Numbered from the stretch's first letter, positions 1-10,631 are shown. The stretch: DNA of 64,000 bases from Bifidobacterium breve (GCA_945889475.1 CAMDBT010000004.1:12914-76913), one strand, 5' to 3'. Notes: generated from the letters alone by a model not told the origin. Numbers and translations: made by a program.

Positions 1-299
1 TCCTCGAACGGCAGCCGTTCGGCGCTGGCGGTTACGACCTCGACCGCTAGCGGCGCCTCACCGCTGCGGGCCTCCAGCTGGCGACGCATCGCTGCGTTGG
101 GCTCGCTGCAGACCAGTCGTGTTATGCCCTCGCGCGGATAGGCGGCGAGGTTCAGCCCAGTTCCGGCGCCGATCTCAAGAACCTCGCCGCTCGCTGCGGC
201 GAGCGCGCCGCGGCGCTGCTCGGCCAGCCCAGCCTGCTGGCTGGCGCCAATCAGGAAACGGTCGTAAATCAGCGCGCCGACGCGGTTCACATCAGCCAC
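1..299 (-). CDS. class I SAM-dependent methyltransferase, C-terminal part cut off by window edge
   Basis: My own reverse-strand translation from GTG at 299 gives VADVNRVGALIYDRFLIGASQQAGLAEQRRGALAAASGEVLEIGAGTGLNLAAYPREGITRLVCSEPNAAMRRQLE... LEIGAGTG is SAM-binding motif I. There is no stop inside the window, so the ORF is absent from the ORF track. Confidence 0.6.
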   Translation of the reverse strand, partial: MADVNRVGALIYDRFLIGASQQAGLAEQRRGALAAASGEVLEIGAGTGLNLAAYPREGITRLVCSEPNAAMRRQLEARSGEAPLAVEVVTASAERLPFE

Positions 300-346
300 C
301 TTAGCGACAGGTCGCAGCGGCGGATCGGTGCGCTATTGTCGCCTTC

Positions 347-526
347 ATGGTGCTCGCAATCAGTAACGCGCTGGCGATCGACATCGGCCTGATCGGAGTC
401 TTCTTCGTGCTCTTTCCAGCGATCGTCACGGTGCTGCTGATCTTCGCTGGCGCCGGGGTCTACGTCGAGAAGCAGGAGAACGACGCCTACCTCGAACAGC
501 ACCGCATTCCAGGCAGCGAGCTTTAG
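347..526 (+). CDS. small hydrophobic protein (59 aa), hypothetical
   Basis: My own translation gives MVLAISNALAIDIGLIGVFFVLFPAIVTVLLIFAGAGVYVEKQENDAYLEQHRIPGSEL. It has one or two TM-like stretches and a strong G/C third-position bias. No clear Shine-Dalgarno. It is just below the ORF-track length cut-off. Confidence 0.35.
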   Translation: MVLAISNALAIDIGLIGVFFVLFPAIVTVLLIFAGAGVYVEKQENDAYLEQHRIPGSEL

Positions 527-535
527 CTTCTGCGG

Positions 536-2179
536 CTAAACCGGACGCTTCTGCGAAGCGCGGTAACGGCGCGCCAAGGAGTTGGTTGAGCTGTCGTGTT
601 GAAGGTCAGGCTTATCGGCGTCGGTTAGCTGATCGGCGAGCGTTCCGGCAAGTACCTTGCCGAGCTCAACTCCCCACTGGTCGAACGAATCGATTCCCCA
701 CAGCACCCCTTCGGTGAAGGCGCGGTGCTCGTAGAGCGCGACCAGTGTGCCGAGCGCGCGAGGCGTTAGCTGCCCATCGATCAGCAACGTCGTTGAGGGT
801 CGGTCGCCAAGGCAGATCCGCGCCGAGATCTGCGCCTGAGGACTTCCAGCGGCACGAAGCGTTTCAGCGTCGCGGCCGAAGGCCAGCGCCTCAGCCTGCG
901 CGAACATGTTGGCCATCAGCAGATCGTGATGGTTGCCGAGCGGGTAAATCGGATCGCAGAAGCCGATGAACTCGGTCGGCACAATCTCCGTTCCTTGATG
1001 GATCATCTGGTAGAAGGCGTGCTGCCCGTTGGTGCCGGGCTCGCCCCAGAAGACGGCCGCGGTATCCCAGCCAACCTGCTCGCCGTTGAGCATCACGTGT
1101 TTGCCGTTCGATTCCATCTCGAGCTGCTGAAGGTAGGCAGGGAAGCGCGCCATCTCGGCGACGTAGGGGAGAATCGCGACCGTCGGCAGCTTCAGCAGGT
1201 TGCGATTCCAAACGCCGACGAGGCCCATCAGCACCGGCATGTTCGCTTCCAGCGGCGCGCTGCGAAGGTGCTCATCAACGGCGTGGAAGCCAGCCAGCAT
1301 CGCGGCGAAGTTTTCGCGCCCGATCGCGCACATGATCGTCAAGCCCACGGAGCTGTCCATCGAGTAGCGGCCACCGACCCAATCCCAGAAGCCAAACATG
1401 TTGTCGGTGTTGATGCCGAACTTCGCGACGCCCTCAGCGTTGGTTGAGACAGCGACGAAGTGATGCTCAACCGAGTCCTCGCCGAGCGCACCGACGATCC
1501 AGTCACGGGCGGTGCCAGCGTTGGTCAGAGTTTCGAGCGTGACAAAAGTCTTCGAAACGATGATGAAGAGCGTCTCCTCAGGGTCGAGGTCGAGCGTCTT
1601 CTCAGCGAAGTCGCTGCCGTCAACGTTGGAGACGAAGCGGAACTTCATCTCGCGGTCGCTGTAGTGGGCGAGCGCGATCGTCGCCATCTCAGGGCCTAAG
1701 TGGGATCCGCCGATCCCGATGTTGACGACGTTGCGGATCGGCTTGCCGGTCGCGCCCTTCCACTCGCCGGAGCGGATCTTGTCGCTGAAGTCGCCCATTC
1801 GGTCCAAGACCTCGTGAACCTGATCGACGACGTTCACGCCGTCGACGAAGATCTCCTCGCCGCGCGGCGCGCGCAGCGCCAGGTGCAGCACAGAGCGATC
1901 CTCGGAGACGTTGATCGCCTGACCGGCAAACATTGCCTTGATCCGCTCTTCGATTCCGGCCTCACGGGCGCAGGCGATCAGCAGCTTGATCGTCTCTGGG
2001 CTAGCGAGCTGCTTCGAGTAGTCGTAGTGGTAGCCATCGAAGTCCACCGACATCTCGTCGGCGCGACTGGCATCGGCGTCGAACATCGATGCCAGGCTCT
2101 GGCCTTTCAGCTCGGCGGCGTTTGCTTCCAGCGCCGCCCAAGAGGGCAGCTCGTCGAGGCGTGTCTGCTGGATCTCCAT
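536..2179 (-). CDS. pgi: glucose-6-phosphate isomerase
   Basis: 547 aa with the PGI signature IGIGGSHLGP and conserved C-terminal motifs (GEPGTNGQHAFYQ, HQGT). Last gene of the PPP operon. Confidence 0.95.
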   Translation of the reverse strand: MEIQQTRLDELPSWAALEANAAELKGQSLASMFDADASRADEMSVDFDGYHYDYSKQLASPETIKLLIACAREAGIEERIKAMFAGQAINVSEDRSVLHLALRAPRGEEIFVDGVNVVDQVHEVLDRMGDFSDKIRSGEWKGATGKPIRNVVNIGIGGSHLGPEMATIALAHYSDREMKFRFVSNVDGSDFAEKTLDLDPEETLFIIVSKTFVTLETLTNAGTARDWIVGALGEDSVEHHFVAVSTNAEGVAKFGINTDNMFGFWDWVGGRYSMDSSVGLTIMCAIGRENFAAMLAGFHAVDEHLRSAPLEANMPVLMGLVGVWNRNLLKLPTVAILPYVAEMARFPAYLQQLEMESNGKHVMLNGEQVGWDTAAVFWGEPGTNGQHAFYQMIHQGTEIVPTEFIGFCDPIYPLGNHHDLLMANMFAQAEALAFGRDAETLRAAGSPQAQISARICLGDRPSTTLLIDGQLTPRALGTLVALYEHRAFTEGVLWGIDSFDQWGVELGKVLAGTLADQLTDADKPDLQHDSSTNSLARRYRASQKRPV

Positions 2180-2184
2180 TCGCG

Positions 2185-3270
2185 CTACGCCGCTGCGAGC
2201 GCTGAGCGCTTCGTCTTGATCGCTTCGATCAGCGTCGTCCAGGAAGCGACGAACGAGCCTGCGCCGTCGCTCTGCAGCTTGGCGGCGAGAGCATCCAAAT
2301 CCACGCCAGCGGCCTCAAACTCGCTAAGGACCTCTTCGCAGTCGCCGCCGTCTGGATCGATCACGACTACCGGCGTTGGGCCGTGGTCGCCGTACTCGAG
2401 CAGCGTTCCCTCCGGCATTGTGTTGACGGTGTAGGGGGCGGCTAGCCCAGCGATGTAGAGCACGTCGGAGGCCTCCGGATCCTTGGTGCCGGTGCTCGCC
2501 CACAGCAGCCGCTGCGGCCTTGCGCCTTCGTTCATCAGCCGCTGAACACGCTCTGAGGCGAGCAGGTCGCGGTAGTCGCGGTAGGCGCGTCCACCTATAG
2601 CAAGGCCGAGTTTGTCCTTCAGGTTGGCTGGCACCTGATCGGCTACGGCAACGTCCCAGCGACTCATGAAGAGCGAGGCGACCGACTGGATGTTCGGTGC
2701 GAGGCCATCGGCGACGCGGCGCTCAAGACCGGTGTAGTAGGCGTCGGCGGCGGCCAGAGCGTGAGCGCTGCTGAAGAGCAGCGTCACGTTGACCGGGATG
2801 CCTGCGTGGATCGCGGCACTGATCGCCGGCAGCCCCTCTGGCGTGCCGGGAATCTTGATGAAGACGTTCGAGCGATCCACTTTTTCGTGCAGCTGCTTCG
2901 CCTGCGCGACCGTTGCGTCGGTGTCGTAGGCCAGCTCGGGCGAAACCTCGAGCGATACGAAGCCGTCGAGGTTGTCGGTCCGAGTGTGAATTTCGCCGAA
3001 CAGGTCGGCGGCGCGCTGGAGGTCTGAGATCGCGACCTCGAAAAAGACCTGCTCGTCGGTCATCTCGCTGCCGTGGAAGCTATGAACCTGCTCGTCGTAG
3101 CTGTCGCCGCCGGTGATCGCCTTCTCGAAGATCGTCGGGTTCGACGTCAGCCCGGTGACGCTCAGCTCGGCGATGTAGTTGGCCAGCGTGCCCTCATCGA
3201 GCAGGGTCCGTGTGATGTTGTCAAGCCAAAGGCTCTGGCCCGCTTCATGAAGGGCCGCTGTCGCTTTCAT
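2185..3270 (-). CDS. tal: transaldolase (long actinobacterial-type)
   Basis: 361 aa. The N-terminus QSLWLDNITR...VTGLTSNPTIFEKAI is typical of transaldolase. Lies 5 nt upstream of pgi. Confidence 0.95.
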   Translation of the reverse strand: MKATAALHEAGQSLWLDNITRTLLDEGTLANYIAELSVTGLTSNPTIFEKAITGGDSYDEQVHSFHGSEMTDEQVFFEVAISDLQRAADLFGEIHTRTDNLDGFVSLEVSPELAYDTDATVAQAKQLHEKVDRSNVFIKIPGTPEGLPAISAAIHAGIPVNVTLLFSSAHALAAADAYYTGLERRVADGLAPNIQSVASLFMSRWDVAVADQVPANLKDKLGLAIGGRAYRDYRDLLASERVQRLMNEGARPQRLLWASTGTKDPEASDVLYIAGLAAPYTVNTMPEGTLLEYGDHGPTPVVVIDPDGGDCEEVLSEFEAAGVDLDALAAKLQSDGAGSFVASWTTLIEAIKTKRSALAAA

Positions 3271-3293
3271 CGCTTATTGCTCCTTAGCCTGGG

Positions 3294-4688
3294 TTATTTG
3301 GATGGTGCGTCGTGGATGTGCGGAGGGATCCAGCCGGACGCAGGCGCCAAGCGGTCTGCCTCCTGCGGGCCCCACGAGCCGCGTCGGTACGGATGAATTG
3401 GTGTGGCGTTGCCGAGGATCGGATCAACTATTCGCCAAGCCTCATCGATTGTGCCTTGGGTCGCGAAGAGGTCGTGGTCACCGTCGAGCGCCGCCGACAG
3501 CAGCCGCTGGTAGGGCGGGATCTGGTGCGCTTCCTGCCGCACCGCGGCAAGCTCAATGTCCTCAACCTCGAAGGTGTCAACGGTCGGTTTGCGCGACTGG
3601 ACTTCGATCGCGACGACCACCTGCGGGTTGATTTGGAAGCGCATCCGGTTACCGCGCGGGTGGTCCTTAGGGAACAGCTTTTCCGGCGGCGTCTTCAGCT
3701 CAACGACGATCTCGGTCGCCGTCACCGGCAAACACTTACCGGCGCGGATCAGGATCGGCACATCGGCCCAGCGCCAAGTATCAACGTGCAGGCGCATCGC
3801 GGTGTAGGTCTCGGTCGTCGACTTCGGACTAACGCCCTTCGTCTTGCGATAGCCGGCGTATTGCCCGCGCACGACGTCTTTTGGCTTCAGCGTCCGAACG
3901 CCGCGCAGGAAGCGAGCCTTCTCTTCGCGCAACGCCGCTTCTCCGTGGCCGCTGAACGGATCCATCGCCACCAGCGTCAAGACCTGGAAGAGGTGGTTCT
4001 CGATTACGTCGCGAATTGTTCCAACGGCGTCGTAAAAGGCGCCACGATTTGCGACGTCGAAGTCCTCGGCCATCGTGATCTGAATCTGACGAACATGGTC
4101 GCGGTTCCAGACCGGCTCGAGGAAGGCGTTGGCGAAACGGAAGAAGAGGATGTTCTCAACCGGCGTCTTGCCGAGGAAGTGGTCGATCCGGAAGATCCGA
4201 TCCTCCGGAAAAACCGAGTGCAGCTCGGCGTTGAGCTTCTCGGCCGAAGCGAGGTCATGGCCGAACGGCTTCTCGACGACGACGCGCCCCTGCTCAGCGA
4301 GTCCAACATCACCGAGGTGGCCGACGACCGGCCCGAACAGCGACGGGGGGATCGCCAGATAATGAACCGGCCGCTGGCAGCCCTTCAGCTCCTCCTGCAA
4401 CTCAACAAAGGTGTTGTGCTCGGCGTAGTCTCCGCCGGCGTAACGCAGCAGCGAGCTGAGCTTCTTGAAGGCCTCCTTGTTGAGCCCGTCGGCGCTGGCC
4501 TCAAGGCTCGCCTTGGCGCGCTCACGCAGCTGTAGAACGTGGCCGCCTTCGCGGGCGACGCCGACAACTGGGACATCTAGCTCACCGTCGATGATCATCC
4601 TCTGTAGCGCAGGGAAGATCTGCTTGAACGCCAGATCGCCGGTCGCCCCGAAGACGACGAGCGCGTCACCCCGCTTCGGCTTGGCCAC
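3294..4688 (-). CDS. zwf: glucose-6-phosphate 1-dehydrogenase
   Basis: 464 aa with the dinucleotide motif FGATGDLA and the active-site motif RIDHFLGK. The GTG start overlaps the gnd stop by 1 nt (TAGTG). Confidence 0.95.
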   Translation of the reverse strand: MAKPKRGDALVVFGATGDLAFKQIFPALQRMIIDGELDVPVVGVAREGGHVLQLRERAKASLEASADGLNKEAFKKLSSLLRYAGGDYAEHNTFVELQEELKGCQRPVHYLAIPPSLFGPVVGHLGDVGLAEQGRVVVEKPFGHDLASAEKLNAELHSVFPEDRIFRIDHFLGKTPVENILFFRFANAFLEPVWNRDHVRQIQITMAEDFDVANRGAFYDAVGTIRDVIENHLFQVLTLVAMDPFSGHGEAALREEKARFLRGVRTLKPKDVVRGQYAGYRKTKGVSPKSTTETYTAMRLHVDTWRWADVPILIRAGKCLPVTATEIVVELKTPPEKLFPKDHPRGNRMRFQINPQVVVAIEVQSRKPTVDTFEVEDIELAAVRQEAHQIPPYQRLLSAALDGDHDLFATQGTIDEAWRIVDPILGNATPIHPYRRGSWGPQEADRLAPASGWIPPHIHDAPSK

Positions 4689-5710
4689 TATTTGCTCCCG
4701 GCTGGCTTCTCGTCGTGGCCGCCGAATTCGTTGCGCATCGCCGAAAGCAGGCGATCGGCGTAGTCGGCTTCGCCACGGCTGGTGAAGCGTTCATAGAGCG
4801 CCGTTGTCAGGACCGGCGCTGGCGTGCCGGTATCGATCGCCGCCAAAGCGGTCCAGCGACCTTCGCCGGAGTCGGAGACGCGGCCAGCAAAACCGCTGAG
4901 ATCATGGTCGGCAGCGAGCGCGTCGGCGATCAGGTCCAGCAACCAACTGCGGATCACGGTGCCGCGGCGCCAAACCTCAGCGACGTCCGGCAGGTTGAGG
5001 TCGTACTGGTAGTTCTCCGGGTTGCGTAGCGGAGTGGTTTCAGCATCAACCTCCTGCGTTGCGCTGCCCACGTTGGCGTGCTTGAGGATGTTGAGGCCCT
5101 CGGCGTAAGCGGCCATCAGGCCGTATTCGATTCCGTTGTGGACCATCTTCACGAAGTGGCCGGCGCCAGATGGGCCGCAGTGCAGCCAGCCCTCTTCGGC
5201 GGAGCTTGGTTCGCCGCTACGGCCTGGGGTACGTGGCGCTGACTGAACGCCAGGCGCGAGTGACTGAAGTACCGGCGCGATCATCGCGATCGCCTCGTCG
5301 GTACCGCCAGCCATCAAGCCATAGCCCTCGGTCAGCCCCCAGACGCCTCCACTTACTCCGCAGTCGACGTAGTGAAGGCCCTGCTCTTTCAGTTCAGCGG
5401 CGCGGCGGCGATCGTCGATGTAGTAGCTGTTGCCACCGTCAATTACGAGGTCGCCCTTCTCAAGCGCGTCGGCCGCTTCCTTCAGCACCGGGTCAACAAT
5501 TCCAGCCGGCACCATCAGCCAGATCGCGCGCGGCGCGTCCAGCTTGGAGGCCATGTCGGCCGCAGATTCGGCGGCTGTGGCGCCATTTGCGACGAGCGCG
5601 TCGACGGCGTCCTTGTTGGGATCGAAAACTACGCAGTGATGTCCGTCGAGCATCAGCCGCTCGACCATGTTGGCCCCCATCCGGCCGAGTCCGATCATTC
5701 CGATCTGCAT
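4688..5710 (-). CDS. gnd: 6-phosphogluconate dehydrogenase (decarboxylating), short ~340-aa form
   Basis: N-terminal Rossmann motif [11 protein letters not shown] and a 6PGDH C-terminal region ([13 protein letters not shown]). Start overlaps the rpiB stop by 1 nt (TAATG). Confidence 0.85.
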   Translation of the reverse strand: MQIGMIGLGRMGANMVERLMLDGHHCVVFDPNKDAVDALVANGATAAESAADMASKLDAPRAIWLMVPAGIVDPVLKEAADALEKGDLVIDGGNSYYIDDRRRAAELKEQGLHYVDCGVSGGVWGLTEGYGLMAGGTDEAIAMIAPVLQSLAPGVQSAPRTPGRSGEPSSAEEGWLHCGPSGAGHFVKMVHNGIEYGLMAAYAEGLNILKHANVGSATQEVDAETTPLRNPENYQYDLNLPDVAEVWRRGTVIRSWLLDLIADALAADHDLSGFAGRVSDSGEGRWTALAAIDTGTPAPVLTTALYERFTSRGEADYADRLLSAMRNEFGGHDEKPAGSK

Positions 5711-6171
5711 TAGCTGTCTCCTTCGAGGTTGGCATCTAGTCCTTCAAGTTCAAGCATTGCCACCTTCGCTCGGCGGCGCAGGTGACGCGGTTCATCGCTG
5801 ACCTCAGCCTGCGCAAACGTGCGGACCAGTTCGCGGGCCACCTCGCTGCCGATCACGCGGCCTCCGAGACAGAGCACGTTGACTCCGTCATGCTCAACCG
5901 CTTGGTGCGCGGTGTAGGTGTCGTGGATCGTCTGCGCGCGGATGCCAGGCAGCTTCGATGCCGCGACTGCGATGCCAGCGCCGGAGCCGCAGGCAAGGAT
6001 GCCGCGCTCGGCCTCCCCGGAATCGATCACGAGGCCCATCTTCAGCGCCATGTCGGGATAATCGTCGCACTGGCCTAGATCGACTACCGCGTGGCCAAGC
6101 TCGGTCAACGTCTCGGTTGCGACGTCGTGCAGCGGTGCTCCGGCGTGGTCAACCCCAACGGCAAAGATCAT
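5710..6171 (-). CDS. rpiB: ribose-5-phosphate isomerase B
   Basis: 153 aa of the RpiB/LacA/LacB family with the GILACGSGAGIAVAASK motif. First gene of the PPP operon. Confidence 0.9.
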   Translation of the reverse strand: MIFAVGVDHAGAPLHDVATETLTELGHAVVDLGQCDDYPDMALKMGLVIDSGEAERGILACGSGAGIAVAASKLPGIRAQTIHDTYTAHQAVEHDGVNVLCLGGRVIGSEVARELVRTFAQAEVSDEPRHLRRRAKVAMLELEGLDANLEGDS

Positions 6172-6266
6172 CGGCGCGGAGACTAATAGGTTCGGGTCGA
6201 GTTTGCATACCGATTCGCTGACGCTGCCGCTGAGCTTGAGCGTCGCCAGCGCAATCGCTCGCGAGC

Positions 6267-6527
6267 TTGGCGAAGCGCTGGCGCAGCGCCAAAACGGGCA
6301 CGATCAGCAAAGATGCGGCGATGGCACTTTTCAAAGAGGGCGAAGCTGTATGGGTCCAGCAGCCGGACGGCAGCGAGCGGGCTGGCGTCTTTGTCGGCGA
6401 CGGCGAGAACGCGACCTGGTTCGGTGGCGCGCCGCTGGCCTACGTCGTCTACCCCGACACCAAGGATGGCGAAGAGGTGAACCTCGCGCGCGTGACCTCG
6501 CGCGACGAAAACGAAGAGTCCGCGTAG
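6267..6527 (+). CDS. hypothetical small protein
   Basis: 86-aa ORF with good G/C third-position bias and no recognised domain. The true start may be the internal ATG at 6321 (MALFKEGEAVWV...). Confidence 0.45.
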   Translation: MAKRWRSAKTGTISKDAAMALFKEGEAVWVQQPDGSERAGVFVGDGENATWFGGAPLAYVVYPDTKDGEEVNLARVTSRDENEESA

Positions 6528-6537
6528 GCGGCGCCGT

Positions 6538-7605
6538 TCACCACTCAATCGCGATCAGCGCAGGTTCCGGCCGCAGTTGAACCGCGAATAGCTCGTCAAC
6601 GCGCGCTGCAATCTCACGCGCAAAGGCGATCAGCTCAGCTGCGCTTGCGCCGCCAAGGTTGGTTAGCGCAAGCGTGTGCTTCGAGGAGAGCGCCACTTGG
6701 CCGCGCTGCTCGCCACGACTGAAGCCTGCCTGCTCGATCAGCCAGGCGGCGGAGCTTTTGAGCATCCCGCCAGCGGCCTCGAAGCGTGGCGGCTGCGCAC
6801 CAGCGCCGCAGTGTTCACCGACGCGCTGCTCGAGCCGCGCAAAGTCAGCGGCACTGAGGATCGGGTTAGTGAAGAACGACCCTGCGCTCCAAGTGTCGTG
6901 GTCGCGCTCGTCAAGCACCATCCCCTTGGCGCGGCGCAGCTCAAGAACGGCGGCCCTGACGGCCTCGGCCTCAGCCGGCTGACCCAGCTCGACGCCGAGC
7001 TTCGCAGCCAGTTCGCTGTAGGCGATCGGCGCGCTCAGCGGCGAGCGCTCGAGCACGAACCGGACGGCCAGCACAACTAGGTCGGCGTTTCCCTTCAGCG
7101 CGCTGGTGCGGTAACCGAAGCCACACTGCGCAGCGCTTAGCTCCTCGACCCGCTGCGCCGCTCGGTTGTAGACGCGAACGGCTTCGATCGTCGTCGCAAC
7201 CTCCTGACCGTAGGCGCCAACGTTCTGGATCGGTGTCGCGCCGACCGAGCCGGGGATGCCTGCCAGACACTCAACGCCACTGAGCCCTGCCTCGACGAGC
7301 GCATCAACGAGCAGCGACCAGTCGTCGCCAGCGCTAGCGTCAATCGCGAACCGCCCGTCGCCCCGCTGCTGGTGCTCGGCCCCCTCGTAGACGAGATGGA
7401 GCGCGGTGCCGTCGAAGCCCTCGTCGGCGATGACAACGTTGCTACCGCCAGCGAGCACGAAGAAAGGTTCGCGGTCCTGCTCGAGCTGCCTGACCGCAGC
7501 GACACACTCGTCCTCACTGTCGACCCTCCAGAGCTGTTTCGCGGCTCCACCGATCCGCAGCGTCGTCAGCGGCGCCAGCGGCGCGTTCTTGATCATCGCT
7601 TGCAC
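6538..7605 (-). CDS. murB: UDP-N-acetylenolpyruvoylglucosamine reductase
   Basis: 355 aa with an FAD-binding region (TTLRIGG...FFVLAGGSNVV) and a MurB C-terminal domain. Confidence 0.9.
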   Translation of the reverse strand: MQAMIKNAPLAPLTTLRIGGAAKQLWRVDSEDECVAAVRQLEQDREPFFVLAGGSNVVIADEGFDGTALHLVYEGAEHQQRGDGRFAIDASAGDDWSLLVDALVEAGLSGVECLAGIPGSVGATPIQNVGAYGQEVATTIEAVRVYNRAAQRVEELSAAQCGFGYRTSALKGNADLVVLAVRFVLERSPLSAPIAYSELAAKLGVELGQPAEAEAVRAAVLELRRAKGMVLDERDHDTWSAGSFFTNPILSAADFARLEQRVGEHCGAGAQPPRFEAAGGMLKSSAAWLIEQAGFSRGEQRGQVALSSKHTLALTNLGGASAAELIAFAREIAARVDELFAVQLRPEPALIAIEW

Positions 7606-7639
7606 GCCGATCAGGTTAGTCGCGTGCGGGCCGGATCGC

Positions 7640-9328
7640 CTAAGCGGCAGGCAGCGGCGGCGAGGTCATGCCAGCCTCTTCGCAGGCATCGACAAGCAGC
7701 GCGGCCAGCCGCGGCTGCTCACGGACGGCGCGCGGAGAGCGCGGCCGACCGGTCTGCGCGTCAACGAGGTTGTTGCTCTCATCGGGGTCGCTCTTGAGGT
7801 CATAAAGCTCGTACTCGGGCGATTTGCGCTGATCAGGATCGAGGTAGACGGCGTACTTCCAGCGCTCATCACGGACGCAGCGGACGCGGTTGGGCTGGCC
7901 CGATCCGTTCTGCAGCGCCGTCCCGGACTGGTGGTCGTCGTAGGTAAAGAGGATGTGGTCGCGGATCTCGTCGCTGGCGCTACCGCTGTCAACGATCGGT
8001 CCGAAATCTACGCCGCACTGCTCGAGCCGCTTCGCGGTCGGCTTGGCGAAGCTGGCCAGAACCGGGCTGAGGTCGCAGCCGTCGAGCCGGCTTTCAGCCT
8101 TAGCGCCACCGAGGGCCAGAAAAGTTGGGACGAGGTCGATCAGCGAGGCGAGCGTGTCGGTCGCGGCCGGTTCTGGAAAGCAGATCGGGTTGGAGAAGAC
8201 GAGCGGAACACGGATCGTCTCCTCATAGGCGTTGAAGATTTTCTGTCGCGCGCCGCCGTGCGAGAGGCCCATGTCGCCGTGATCCGAAGTGCGGGCGATG
8301 ACCGTGCGTGAGCGCAGCGACGTTGGATCTTCGGCGTCACCGAGCGCACTGAGCAGGCGGCCGACTTGGCGGTCAACGACTCGCTGGAGATGGGCGTAGA
8401 AGTTGACGTAGTCGCGCTGCTCGTCGCGATTTACAAGCGGGCCAAGATAGGCGCTCATCCCTACGAGCGCGACCGAATGGACGCCCGGCTTGTTGGCGAG
8501 CGATTCATCAAGCGTCGGCGGCAACGGTATGTCGAGGTCGGCAAAGTCCTCGCGCCGGTAGCCGCCGGTGCGGAAGCTTGTCGGGTAGGCGAGCACATCG
8601 TGCGGGTTGATCAGCGAGACAACGAGGCAGAACGGCTCAGGCAGCTTCTCCTGCTCGAGGAAGCGCTCAACCTGGTCCATGTAAACCTTGTCCCAGCCGC
8701 CGTTGGCCGGGCCGCCCTCGCCGCCGCCAAAGGTCTCCGGGAAGGTGTCGCCACCGGCGTCCGGTGGCTCCCAGCCAGCGAAGCCGTAGTCGCGTTCGAT
8801 CCGCTCGCCGTCTTCGGCCGTCCAGTTGCTGCCGTTGACCGGCTTGGTCAGGTGCCACTTACCGCGCAGCGCCACGTGATAACCGCTGCGCCCGAGCATC
8901 GTCGCGAGCGTCTCAATACCTGGCGGCAGCTCAGGTTCGTTGCCCGCTTTCGGGCCCAGCCGGAGGATCGAGCGGCCAAGGCTCTTGACCATCCGTCGCG
9001 CGCTGACAGCGCCGCTGCTTACCGCCTTACGCGCCAACGGAAGCGAGGAGCGCGCATTCTCGGGCTGGGGCCAGATCTCACCATCGACCAGCGTCAACGT
9101 GACGCCGTGACGCGAGGGGTAGGTCCCGGTTAGAAACGAGGCACGACTCGGCGAGCACATCGCCGTCGCCGTGAAGGCGCGAGTGAAGTCGACGCCGGTT
9201 GCGCGCAGCGCGGCATCGTTCGGCGTCAGCGCGTCGAGCCACTCTTGATCTTCGGGCCAATGCTGCACGGCGCGCTGCTGATCGGTGATCAGCAGAATCA
9301 GATTTGGCGGCAGTTCAGTGGTCGACAT
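7640..9328 (-). CDS. Cys-type sulfatase family protein, no signal peptide
   Basis: 562 aa with the formylglycine signature C-x-P-x-R followed by LTG (MCSPSRASFLTGTYPSRHG). The N-terminus goes straight into the conserved NLILLITDQQR strand with no leader. Confidence 0.85.
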   Translation of the reverse strand: MSTTELPPNLILLITDQQRAVQHWPEDQEWLDALTPNDAALRATGVDFTRAFTATAMCSPSRASFLTGTYPSRHGVTLTLVDGEIWPQPENARSSLPLARKAVSSGAVSARRMVKSLGRSILRLGPKAGNEPELPPGIETLATMLGRSGYHVALRGKWHLTKPVNGSNWTAEDGERIERDYGFAGWEPPDAGGDTFPETFGGGEGGPANGGWDKVYMDQVERFLEQEKLPEPFCLVVSLINPHDVLAYPTSFRTGGYRREDFADLDIPLPPTLDESLANKPGVHSVALVGMSAYLGPLVNRDEQRDYVNFYAHLQRVVDRQVGRLLSALGDAEDPTSLRSRTVIARTSDHGDMGLSHGGARQKIFNAYEETIRVPLVFSNPICFPEPAATDTLASLIDLVPTFLALGGAKAESRLDGCDLSPVLASFAKPTAKRLEQCGVDFGPIVDSGSASDEIRDHILFTYDDHQSGTALQNGSGQPNRVRCVRDERWKYAVYLDPDQRKSPEYELYDLKSDPDESNNLVDAQTGRPRSPRAVREQPRLAALLVDACEEAGMTSPPLPAA

Positions 9329-9346
9329 GAGCGATTAAGGTACCGC

Positions 9347-10012
9347 CTAGAAGAGCACGCTTAGGCCCTGGATCAGCAGCAGTAGCGCGATCAGTGAGAA
9401 GAGCGCGGCTAGCACCAAGCGGCCGTGGCGCTCAAGCCAATGCCGCCAACGGTGCAGAGCAGGGTGCGCGCGCTGACCAAGTGCCGCAGCGACGGCGATC
9501 GGGACGATGATCAGCAGCGAAGAGAGCAGCACGAAGAACGCCACCGCAGCGACCTGCTGCCCGAACTGAAGCGAGTCGTGATGGACCACGGCGCCAGCTT
9601 GAATGGCAGAGAGCAGATCCTTGAAGGCGACGACCACCAGTCCGGCACCGAACGCGAAAGCCCGCGGCGGAGTAACGGTGTGGAGGAACTTCATCCATCG
9701 CTCAACCCGCTGCGGCTCTCCCCGTTTTGGACGCCTACGCCACTCCTGAACTGCCAAGGCGATAAGTGCCACGGCGGCGAGAACAAAGATCACCGCGACC
9801 GTCCGCGAGGGGGTCGTGCTGACCGACTCAACCCCCGAGAGCAGCGATCCAGTGACCAGAACCGTCAAGATCGAGATCCAGCCGGCAAGGAACGCGAGCG
9901 GATTGGCCCGCTCGCGGTCGGTTAGCAGCATCATGATCACAGCGAGAACCGGCACCGGGCTGATCGCGATCACGGCCGCCAGCGGCAGCAATTCTGTCAA
10001 CGTGGATCTCAT
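9347..10012 (-). CDS. multi-pass membrane protein, probably GAP/Sap (sulfolipid-1-addressing protein-like) family
   Basis: 221 aa with about 6 hydrophobic segments. The N-terminus LLPLAAVIAISPVPVLAVIMMLL...FLAGW resembles the Sap/GAP family as I remember it. The family call is tentative. Confidence 0.5.
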   Translation of the reverse strand: MRSTLTELLPLAAVIAISPVPVLAVIMMLLTDRERANPLAFLAGWISILTVLVTGSLLSGVESVSTTPSRTVAVIFVLAAVALIALAVQEWRRRPKRGEPQRVERWMKFLHTVTPPRAFAFGAGLVVVAFKDLLSAIQAGAVVHHDSLQFGQQVAAVAFFVLLSSLLIIVPIAVAAALGQRAHPALHRWRHWLERHGRLVLAALFSLIALLLLIQGLSVLF

Positions 10013-10043
10013 CGCTTCTGGACCGAGGCGGGGCGAGCCAAGC

Positions 10044-10631
10044 TCAGGAGAGCGATCCGGTCTCGTTCCAATGCTTCAGCGCCGGACGACCGTGCTCGTG
10101 GCCGAGCACGCAGACCGCCGCCGTGCCAAGCAGCAAGGCCGACGCCTCGTGGGCTGGCAGTCCGACCCAGCGTGCGCCGACTACGCGCAGCACGTGGCCG
10201 TGGGCGACGAAGAGCCAACTGCCGCCAGCCTCTCTCGCCCGCTCGATCAGCGGGTCGACGCGGTCACCGACTTCGGCTGCGCTCTCGCCGCCCGGACAAC
10301 CATCGGAGAAGAGCCACCAGTCGGGCCGGCTTTGATGAATCTCGGCCGTCGTGATCCCTTCGTACTCGCCGTAGTTCCATTCCGTCAGCTCTTCTGTCGT
10401 CTTCGCGCCGGCGCCGTAACCGGCCAGCTCGCAGGTATCGCGGGCGCGCCTGAGCGGACTTGTGAGGACGTGATCAAACGCCAAACCGGCGAGCCGTTTC
10501 CCTGCCTCGCGCGCCTGGTCGCGTCCGTTCTCGGTCAGATCAATGTCGCTCGCCCCGGTATGGCGGCCGTTCAGCGACCACTCGGTTTCGCCGTGGCGCA
10601 GCAGGACAACTGTCGCTTCGTTGGTCGACAC
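10044..10631 (-). CDS. histidine phosphatase (phosphoglycerate mutase-like) family protein
   Basis: RHGETEWS catalytic motif. I trimmed the ORF to GTG at 10631 (VSTNEATVVLLRHGE) because the 93 upstream codons are Arg-rich and look non-coding. Confidence 0.8.
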   Translation of the reverse strand: MSTNEATVVLLRHGETEWSLNGRHTGASDIDLTENGRDQAREAGKRLAGLAFDHVLTSPLRRARDTCELAGYGAGAKTTEELTEWNYGEYEGITTAEIHQSRPDWWLFSDGCPGGESAAEVGDRVDPLIERAREAGGSWLFVAHGHVLRVVGARWVGLPAHEASALLLGTAAVCVLGHEHGRPALKHWNETGSLS

